Assembly (NCBI GenBank): GCA_043822705.1
Contig: JBDRBK010000040.1
Span: 1 to 31,312, forward strand
Reading direction: 5' to 3'
Origin: Fidelibacterota bacterium
GTDB taxonomy: Bacteria > Fidelibacterota > Marinisomatia > Marinisomatales > TCS56
Length of the DNA: 31,312 nt
How positions within the stretch are numbered: the stretch's first letter is position 1; every line of letters begins with the position of its first letter. Below, piece after piece: positions 24,134 to 31,312 of the stretch. A model generated the notes under the pieces. That model made no database searches. It had not been told where the DNA came from and saw only the letters and a program-made list of their open reading frames with translations. Both the position numbers and the translations under genes were made by a program.

Positions 24134-25632
24134 AAAGGCGTTATTTTCTGACCGTACTCGGCCTGCTGCTGGTATCAGGCTGTCGACAACGACCGGAAGT
24201 GCTGCCGATTGTCGACGATATCCTGACTAATCAAGACAGTTTTTTCTATCTGGATGCGGCGGCCTATCCCCGCAATGACGCCCGCCTGCCGGTGGGTGTT
24301 TTCGACTCCGGTACCGGCGGCCTGACCGTACTGGACGCCATCGTCAATTTCGACGGTCATGATAACGGCAGTCATACGTCCGGTAGTGATGGTATCAGCG
24401 ATTTCCAGTCGGAATATTTTCTCTATCTGGGTGACCAGGCCAATATGCCCTACGGAAATTATTCCCGGGAAAATAAACTGGACCTGTTGCAGGAACATAT
24501 CATCAAGGACGCCCAGTTTCTGCTGGGGAATAAATATTACCGGGCAATGGCTGCAACTGAACCAGCCACGGATAAAGAACCAGTTAAAGCGATCGTTATA
24601 GCCTGCAATACTGCAACCGCTTACGGCAAGGACGTAATCGAAGACTTTATCGCCCGCGCCGGACTGGAACTGAAAATCATCGGCGTGATCGATGCCGGTG
24701 TGCGGGCCGCTCTGGATGGATTCGACCAGCAAAACGGCGGTGCGGTAGCGGTGATGGCTACGGCAGGGACGGTGTCGTCGCAGGGTTACGTGAAAGCACT
24801 GCAACAGCAATGGCAGGCACAGGGATTCGCCGGCGAACCAATCGTTTTCCAGCAGGCTGGTATCGGTCTGGCGGGTGCAATCGACGGGTCTCCGGAATTC
24901 ATCGATCCGACCGCCGATAGTCCCCGAACTGAGTACAAAGGTCCCGCCTTCGACCATCCCGATGCTTTTCTCGACCCCACTATCCTGCCGCGCTACGGTT
25001 TCGACTGGAGCGGCGGCGCGCTGCTATTTGAAGGCACAATCGACAATCCGACCCGGATCCAAATCAATTCGGTGCCCAATTATATCGCCTATCACCTGGT
25101 GACATTGTTGGAGCAGGTTCGCCGGAATGGCCAGTCCGAACCACTGAAGTCAATCATTCTTGGTTGCACCCACTATCCTTTTTACACCGATCTGATCCGG
25201 CAGAACCTCGCCCGGTTGTACGAATACCGTGAGAACGGCGAACACGTTTACCGTCCCTTCATGGCCGCCGAAATCGACCTGATCGATCCCGCCCGTAATA
25301 CGGCGGCAGAACTATACGCCTATCTGGATGAGCAACAGCTTTTCAACCAGTCCAGTATCAGCCACAGCGAATTCTACATCAGCGTGCCCAACACGGCCAA
25401 TCCGAAAATTCTGGTCGACCAGTCCGGCAATTTCACTTACGACTACAAATACGGCCGCTTGGCGGGACAAATCCAGCAGTACGTTCTACGGGTTCCGTTC
25501 AGCCGGCAGACGATTCCGGCCGATGTGGCCCAACGGCTGAAGACCGGCATCCCCGGTACCTGGGAGTTGATCGAAGGTTTTAACCGCGGGAACCCCAAAC
25601 TGGCCGGTGCAGCAGTAGAATATTTGTTTTAA
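24130..25632 (+). CDS. Glutamate-racemase-like (Asp/Glu racemase) lipoprotein with large insertions
   Basis: GVFDSGTGGLTVL, GDQANMPYG, IACNTATA and LGCTHYP (both catalytic Cys). N-terminal MKRRYFLTVLGLLLVSGC signal/lipobox; GTGA overlap with the upstream gene. Confidence 0.88.
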   Translation: MKRRYFLTVLGLLLVSGCRQRPEVLPIVDDILTNQDSFFYLDAAAYPRNDARLPVGVFDSGTGGLTVLDAIVNFDGHDNGSHTSGSDGISDFQSEYFLYLGDQANMPYGNYSRENKLDLLQEHIIKDAQFLLGNKYYRAMAATEPATDKEPVKAIVIACNTATAYGKDVIEDFIARAGLELKIIGVIDAGVRAALDGFDQQNGGAVAVMATAGTVSSQGYVKALQQQWQAQGFAGEPIVFQQAGIGLAGAIDGSPEFIDPTADSPRTEYKGPAFDHPDAFLDPTILPRYGFDWSGGALLFEGTIDNPTRIQINSVPNYIAYHLVTLLEQVRRNGQSEPLKSIILGCTHYPFYTDLIRQNLARLYEYRENGEHVYRPFMAAEIDLIDPARNTAAELYAYLDEQQLFNQSSISHSEFYISVPNTANPKILVDQSGNFTYDYKYGRLAGQIQQYVLRVPFSRQTIPADVAQRLKTGIPGTWELIEGFNRGNPKLAGAAVEYLF

Positions 25633-25776
25633 TATTCGACGGTTGCTGGCAAAATAATTTGCCAGCCTAAATGTTTCCTGACTCAAGGTAAACGCAATGA
25701 TTCATTAATCCGTTTTGTCGGTTGCGGACTAAACTGTCTTTTGTCGGTTTCACTTTCATGGTATAAATTCTTTTTG

Positions 25777-26874
25777 ATGATACTGCCGCGATGTCTTAAA
25801 TACTGCTTGATCCGGCTGCTCCCGACACTGCTCCTATTCGGCGGCTGCGCGGATCAGCCCGACGACGGCCTGGAACGGTTCGTCTGGGAAACGGACACAC
25901 CCGCCAGCCAGGGCTTCGATCCGGCGCTGCTGGATTCCGCCTTCGTTCAGGCTGCCGCAATGGGTTATGTGGACGGTCTGCTGGTGGTCCGCAACGGTAA
26001 ACTGGTGGCTGAAGATTATTATAACGGTTATTCCCAATCGGCGACGCACAATGTCATGTCGGTATCGAAAAGTATTTTATCGGCCCTGACCGGCATTGCC
26101 CTGCACGAGCGCTTCCTGGACAGTCTGGATGAAAAAGTGCTGGATTATTTCCCCGAGTACATTTACGACGGGATCGACGCCCGCAAGTACGCCATCACGA
26201 TCCGGCACCTGATGACGATGCGGATGGGAATCGACATCGAACAGAATAACTATCTGCAGGCCCTGGCTACCACCGACTGGCTGAAAACCGCCCTGGAACT
26301 GCCGCTGCTATCGGCGCCGGGGGAACGTTTCCGCTACAACACGCTGGAAACCCACCTGCTGTCGGCAATCCTGACCAAGACCAGCGGTTTGAGTACGCTG
26401 GACCTGGCCCGCGAATACCTGACCGATCCCCTGGGAATCGATATCGACTACTGGACCCGTGATCCGCTCGGATACTATCTGGGTGGTTGCGATATCCATC
26501 TTACGCCGCGCGAAATGGCGGTGTTCGGCCTGCTGTATCTTAACCAGGGCCAGTTGAACGGTCGCCAGATCGTTCCTCAGGAGTGGGTTACTGCCTCCCT
26601 GACCAATACCTGGAGTGTCGACACTCCCCAGTGGGGCGTGCTTGAAAATTATAATTACGGTCTGCTGTGGTGGCTGGGTGAAATCAATGGTTACGAACTG
26701 TACATGGCCCTGGGGCACGGCGGGCAGACAATTCTGATTTTTCCGGAATTACAGTTGGTCGTAGTGACTACGGCCGATTATAATGTCGGCTGGGATAACA
26801 ACCAGGAACAACCGATCCTGGAACTGGTGGCGAAATATGTCCTGCCGGCCATCCAAATCACGGCTGTGTATTGA
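25777..26874 (+). CDS. Beta-lactamase-family (class C/NylB-like) serine hydrolase lipoprotein
   Basis: MSVSKS (SxxK), FRYN, YGLLWW and ALGHGGQ; lipobox FGGC. Start ATG 25777 preferred over TTG 25741. Confidence 0.85.
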   Translation: MILPRCLKYCLIRLLPTLLLFGGCADQPDDGLERFVWETDTPASQGFDPALLDSAFVQAAAMGYVDGLLVVRNGKLVAEDYYNGYSQSATHNVMSVSKSILSALTGIALHERFLDSLDEKVLDYFPEYIYDGIDARKYAITIRHLMTMRMGIDIEQNNYLQALATTDWLKTALELPLLSAPGERFRYNTLETHLLSAILTKTSGLSTLDLAREYLTDPLGIDIDYWTRDPLGYYLGGCDIHLTPREMAVFGLLYLNQGQLNGRQIVPQEWVTASLTNTWSVDTPQWGVLENYNYGLLWWLGEINGYELYMALGHGGQTILIFPELQLVVVTTADYNVGWDNNQEQPILELVAKYVLPAIQITAVY

Positions 26875-26911
26875 AATCCTGACTTTGAATTAGAAACATT
26901 GTGAACTACCG

Positions 26912-27466
26912 ATGCTGATCGACGGTGATAAAATCCGGTTGCGCCCGGCTCTTGCGAAAGACCGGAAAAAAGTTTTTCGTTGGCTGACCGCCTCGGATAT
27001 TACGAATCACCTGATGGGTCCCCCCGATTATCCCGATCTGCCCATCCCGACCTGGGAGGAATTTATTGCAGATTACACCCTAAATTTCTTCTCCCCCGCT
27101 GGTGACGGCCGGGGCCGGAATTTTATCATCATCAACGGCGGCGAGGAAATCGGCATGGTCGGTTATGACAGCCTCGATCCGGTCGCCAAAAACGTGGTTC
27201 TGGACATCTGGTTGAAGGCAGAAAAATACTGTGGCCGTGGTTCCGCCAGCGCCGCCCTGAAAACGCTTTGCATACACTTGCACAAAGTATATGGTATTAC
27301 CAGATTCATTATCAGTCCCTCGGCCCGTAACCGGCGGGCGGTTGCGGCCTATCGAAAAGCCGGTTTCGAATATATCCGTATTTTAAGCCGCTCCGAACAG
27401 GTTCGCGAATTCGGCAGCAGTGAATATGATGATAATGTATTAATGATTAAATCCATTGACGACTGA
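26912..27466 (+). CDS. GNAT N-acetyltransferase
   Basis: IRLRP, KYCGRGSAS and PSARNRRAVAAYRKAGF motifs. Confidence 0.85.
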   Translation: MLIDGDKIRLRPALAKDRKKVFRWLTASDITNHLMGPPDYPDLPIPTWEEFIADYTLNFFSPAGDGRGRNFIIINGGEEIGMVGYDSLDPVAKNVVLDIWLKAEKYCGRGSASAALKTLCIHLHKVYGITRFIISPSARNRRAVAAYRKAGFEYIRILSRSEQVREFGSSEYDDNVLMIKSIDD

Positions 27467-27563
27467 CAATCAGGCGCCGGCCATTTCCCGGATTTATTAA
27501 ATTCCCGGTGGTCGAAAATATAATCTGATCAAAATCATGATAAAATTCCGGAGTAACAATCAA

Positions 27564-28064
27564 ATGCTGATTCCCTTTTTGGTAATGGCAACACTTGCCG
27601 TTATTTTGCTGTATATCGGCTATAACCGCGGTCAGGGTGAGCACCTCGTCGGATTGACTTCCGCCTGGAAAATGATGCTGCAAATCCTGCCCCTGCTGGT
27701 TTGCGCCTTCATCGTGGCCGGGATGATTCAAGTCCTGCTGCCGAAAGAAATGCTGGCGCGCTGGATCGGCGCCGAATCCGGTCTACGCGGTATCCTGGTT
27801 GGCGCTCTGGCCGGTGGATTAGCGCCCGGTGGACCGTATGTAAGCCTGCCGCTGGTGGCGGCCTTGCTGAAGTCCGGCGCCGGGATCGGCACACTGGTGG
27901 CCTTTCTCACCGGCTGGTCGCTGTGGGCGGTGGCCCGCCTGCCGATGGAGGTGGGCATCCTGGGCTGGAAATTCACTTTGATCCGCCTGGTTTCGACCCT
28001 GATTTTCCCACCCATCGCCGGCTTGATCGCCCACTTCTTTTTCTCGTCGACCAAAATACTTTGA
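27564..28064 (+). CDS. Small predicted permease (DUF318/ArsP-like)
   Basis: Hydrophobic, with WIGAESG.RG, PGGPYVSLP and LLKSGAG motifs. ATG 27564 follows GGAG; alternative start 27537. Confidence 0.75.
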   Translation: MLIPFLVMATLAVILLYIGYNRGQGEHLVGLTSAWKMMLQILPLLVCAFIVAGMIQVLLPKEMLARWIGAESGLRGILVGALAGGLAPGGPYVSLPLVAALLKSGAGIGTLVAFLTGWSLWAVARLPMEVGILGWKFTLIRLVSTLIFPPIAGLIAHFFFSSTKIL

Positions 28065-28211
28065 CCGATGATTAGAATTGTAAGCCTTTGTTAGTAACCA
28101 CAGACTTATGTGTTTTTGCATTGATCGTGTCAAAGACTATTGTAATATTGAAAAATGATCTGTCCCGGAAAGCCAGAAGTAAAATATAATCTAAACTATA
28201 TGGATATTTTT

Positions 28212-28968
28212 CTAATTTTGTTTTAAAACCTTTTCTTTGTTCTTTACATAAATCAGCTTAAATCGCCCTTTGGGGCTTTCACGTTGTTCAATTTCGAACA
28301 GTTTAATTGATTTAATCAAGGGCGTCAACTTCTGAAAGCCATAGTTTCTGGAATCAAAATTAGGCTGCTTTTTCTGCAGAAGACTACCGACATCTCCGAG
28401 AAAAGCCCAACCATCATCATCGGCCAAATCGGATATGGTGGATGAGATCAGTTTAATCACCTTGGGAGTAATTTTATCAAGATTGTCTTTTTGTGCGGAC
28501 TTGCTCTTAGTCTGCTCGGACTCGCCGCCCTCCGATTCATATTTAAGAATTTCAATATAAATGAATTTATCACAAGCAACGATAAACGGATTCGGAGTTT
28601 TCTTTTCGCCAATTCCAATTACACTCATCCCCGCTTCACGCAACCTGGTGGCCAGACGGGTAAAATCACTGTCACTGGAAACCAGGCAAAATCCGTTTAC
28701 TTTTTCCGAGTACAGAATATCCATGGCATCGATAATCATGGCGGAATCGGTGGCATTTTTTCCGGTGGTATAGCCATAATTGCTGAATTGGCGTGATTGC
28801 ATTTTCCAGCAGGATATTTTTCCACTTCGACAGCTTGGGGTTGGTCCAGTCGCCATAAATTCTTTTTATGGTGGGATTGCCGTACTTGGCGATTTCTTCC
28901 ATCATCTCCTTCACATACGCGGAAGGTATATTATCACCGTCGATTAATACTGCGAGTTTTAAATCCAT
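28212..28968 (-). pseudogene. NYN-domain protein with C-terminal OST-HTH/LOTUS domain, frameshifted
   Basis: One frame gives MDLKLAVLIDGDN...KRIYGDW...ITPIQQ; a second continues YGYTTGKNATD...SSDSDF...FDSRNYGFQKL. One extra base at ~28779 (CAG CAA T TAT GGC) breaks the frame. Confidence 0.88.
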
Positions 28969-29179
28969 AAAATTTACCGTTCCTTCTGTTTTATGCAATC
29001 TACCCATAAAATTATTGAATTACGCTATTCTATATCAAACATTTTTACGATCCCATCAATGAACGTTGTAGTAAATAACAGGCTGGAATATCCATTAGAT
29101 GAAATTCATGCATACTGATTTTTCCATATTAATTTTCGCTAGTTAAATCTTTTGCATTAAGAATCACTTGGGATCGCTT

Positions 29180-30331
29180 ATGAAGCCAATTTCCCCTACT
29201 ATTCAACCAATTACTATTAACGAACGGCGTCAGCGTATCGCCAAAGCCCAGCGCCTGATGGCGAAAAATAATATCGCTGCCATCCTGCTGGAACCAGGAG
29301 CCGGACTGTTTTATTTCACCGGCATCGACTGGTACCGCAGCGAGCGCCTGCTGGCGGCAATCATTCCAGCCGCCGGTGAATTGGCCTATGTTTGCCCCGC
29401 TTTCGAAAAACAACGCTTCCGCGAATTGCTGGTGCTGGGTGACGATGTCCGTACCTGGGAAGAACATGAGAATCCCTTTGAAGTGACTGCCGGTATCCTC
29501 AGCGATTGCGGCGGCTTAGGCGCACGTTTCGGAATCGAAGAAACGGTTCGTTTCTTCATAATTGATAAACTTCGAAAAGCGGCCCCCGGTACTGAACTGG
29601 TCAGCGCCGATCCGGTTACGATTCCCTGCCGGGCCTATAAATCCATGGCGGAAATCGCCTTGATGCAACGGGCCAATGAGATCACGGCCGAGGCGTTTAA
29701 ATTCTGTATCGCCCGGTTGGAAGCCGGCCAGTCTCAGGCGGAATTTGCCGCCAATTACCATGCAGCACTGCAAACAATCGGAGTGACAGGCAGCATTGAT
29801 GTGCAATTCGGCGCCAGTACCGCCTTTCCCCACGGCAGCCGGGAACTTACTTATTTGAAAGAGGGGGACGTGGTTTTAATGGACGGCCAGTGTACCGTTG
29901 ATGGTTACTGGTCCGATATCAGCCGGACGATCGTTTTCGGCGAACCGACCCGGCGCCAGCGGGAAATCTGGGAACTGGAAAAAGCAGCCCAGGCCGCCGC
30001 TTTTGCGGCTGCAAAATTGGGAGCACCCTGTGAAATGGTGGATGCCGCCGCCCGTAGGGTGATAACCGCCGCCGGATTCGGTCCCGGTTATCGGGTGCCA
30101 GGTCTTCCGCACCGCACCGGTCACGGTATCGGTCTGGATATCCACGAATGGTATCATATCGTTCAGGGCAACACGACTCCGTTGGCCCCGGGGATGTGCT
30201 TCAGTAACGAGCCGATGATCGCGATCTACGGCGAATTTGGTGTCCGTCTGGAGGATTGCATGTACATGGCTGAGGATGGAGCGCATTTTTTCACCCAGCC
30301 CAGTCCGGCGCTTGATAAACCATTTGTGTAA
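29180..30331 (+). CDS. Xaa-Pro peptidase (M24B family)
   Basis: Creatinase-like N-domain; PHG, VLMD, YWSDISRT, HRTGHGIGLDIHE, SNEP and GVRLED metal-site motifs. Confidence 0.93.
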   Translation: MKPISPTIQPITINERRQRIAKAQRLMAKNNIAAILLEPGAGLFYFTGIDWYRSERLLAAIIPAAGELAYVCPAFEKQRFRELLVLGDDVRTWEEHENPFEVTAGILSDCGGLGARFGIEETVRFFIIDKLRKAAPGTELVSADPVTIPCRAYKSMAEIALMQRANEITAEAFKFCIARLEAGQSQAEFAANYHAALQTIGVTGSIDVQFGASTAFPHGSRELTYLKEGDVVLMDGQCTVDGYWSDISRTIVFGEPTRRQREIWELEKAAQAAAFAAAKLGAPCEMVDAAARRVITAAGFGPGYRVPGLPHRTGHGIGLDIHEWYHIVQGNTTPLAPGMCFSNEPMIAIYGEFGVRLEDCMYMAEDGAHFFTQPSPALDKPFV

Positions 30332-30360
30332 TGAATCAACCACTTTGGGGAGCAAATAAT

Positions 30361-30762
30361 ATGTCCGAAGATATTAATATTGAAAAGAAGGCCGTGTTGG
30401 CGGTAATCGAACGCGAAATCAGTGCGGCAGAGCGGTCCGACTTTGCGGCTTATGAGTCGGTCTTAGGGGGGAATTGTGTTTTCATGCCGCCGAATAGTAT
30501 TTCAAAATCCGGCAATGAATTACGAGGATGGTTAAAAATCTTTCTGGACCATTTCTCCGTACAGTGGTTGGAATTCACTCACGATGATATATCGATTGCC
30601 GGCGACCTGGCCGTACATTCTTACACTTATCGCTGGCAAGTGACTTCAAAAACGAACGGATCGGAAAACAGCATTGCCGGGAAGGGAATCCACATTCTGC
30701 GACGAATGTCCCCCGGCGACTGGAAGATCATCCGGGAAATCTGGAATGACAGTCCGGCTTAG
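30361..30762 (+). CDS. SnoaL/DUF4440 NTF2-like protein
   Basis: FMPPN, IAGDLA and GKGIHILRR..GDWKIIREIWN. Start 30361 (GGGGAG RBS) or 30331 (TAATG overlap with the peptidase stop). Confidence 0.82.
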   Translation: MSEDINIEKKAVLAVIEREISAAERSDFAAYESVLGGNCVFMPPNSISKSGNELRGWLKIFLDHFSVQWLEFTHDDISIAGDLAVHSYTYRWQVTSKTNGSENSIAGKGIHILRRMSPGDWKIIREIWNDSPA

Positions 30763-31226
30763 TCAATCAGCGATTCAATGAATCGACGCTGCTCCCTTAT
30801 TTCCAGCTTTTGCATGTCAGAGATATTGTATTTATCAGTACTTAGACTACCTATCACTGTCCCCACCATATAACCAACGATGGTGCCTGGCGCAGAACTT
30901 ATAATCAACCACATTCCCACCGGCACAAAAGTTTTCTCATTAGTGTCTTTTATCTCAAAACCAAACCAATCGTCCAGTAACTGAGCGCCATGGTAACCGC
31001 TATAGAGCGCGCCGATTAACCCGCAGACAGCAACATAGGGCGCAGCCAATTTCTTCTCTGTAGCTGCTGTAATCCAGATTTTTGATAGCTCATTTAATGG
31101 TAACTTTTCCATACTTTCCCCGGTACTGATTGACAGAATATCATTGTTAAAAGCTATCAGCGTTACTCTGTCGCCGCGATTTTTGAACGATGTCGCATAA
31201 GCAGCATTTAATTCGCTATAATCCAT
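30759..31226 (-). CDS. Hypothetical membrane protein
   Basis: 155-aa AT-rich ORF with two Gly-rich hydrophobic segments and no recognisable family; the start is uncertain near the window edge. Confidence 0.5.
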   Translation of the reverse strand: MDYSELNAAYATSFKNRGDRVTLIAFNNDILSISTGESMEKLPLNELSKIWITAATEKKLAAPYVAVCGLIGALYSGYHGAQLLDDWFGFEIKDTNEKTFVPVGMWLIISSAPGTIVGYMVGTVIGSLSTDKYNISDMQKLEIREQRRFIESLID

Positions 31227-31312
31227 TTCCGGTTAATTGGCAATGATTCTGATTTGACCAGTAAAGTCTACGTTGGTTACGTTGACCGATCAATCGTTTT
31301 TTTCTTTCCTTC

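Noticed and set aside
19640..26874. Calling the SxxK proteins true beta-lactamases (resistance genes)
   Set aside because: Only superfamily motifs are visible; size, lipoprotein signals and context favour peptidase/esterase roles.
26912..27466. Aminoglycoside acetyltransferase call for the GNAT
   Set aside because: Only generic GNAT motifs are seen; substrate cannot be assigned by eye.
28065..29170. NYN gene as a second integron cassette
   Set aside because: No matching GTTRRRY/RYYYAAC pair or attC hairpin was found at its boundaries.

Overview
GC-rich bacterial chromosomal window; the gene set suggests an FCB-group diderm, but taxonomy cannot be fixed from the sequence alone. The first ~11.8 kb is a divergent peptidoglycan (PG) salvage locus. 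Leftward are an esterase/AmiE-like hydrolase fusion, a Na+:solute symporter, a GNAT and anmK (truncated by the window edge). Rightward is a tight operon of a GT2 glycosyltransferase, an atypical ROK kinase, a signal-less SpoIID/LytB protein, an AmpG permease with a ~190-aa extracytoplasmic insertion and a DUF5009/NagX/MurT-like membrane protein. The middle (11.9-19.6 kb) is accessory. It holds small redox/hydrolase genes, two unrelated 22-bp tandem arrays, an AT-rich gene for a Ser-initiated proteasome/Ntn-hydrolase-like protein bounded by integron-cassette core sites with no integrase in the window, a fluoride riboswitch-crcB unit and nested REP/MITE-like repeats. The region 19.6-26.9 kb is a probable extracytoplasmic D-amino-acid module: an AGCS symporter, an exported D-aminoacylase, a 500-aa exported glutamate-racemase-like lipoprotein and two serine-hydrolase lipoproteins. 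The right end has a GNAT, a small permease, a frameshifted NYN gene, an M24 peptidase, a SnoaL protein and a hypothetical gene. The best candidates for undescribed biology are the GT2-ROK-SpoIID-AmpG(+insert)-MurT-like operon, the exported racemase/D-aminoacylase operon and the orphan Ntn-fold cassette. All family calls come from motif recognition by eye; no searches were run.
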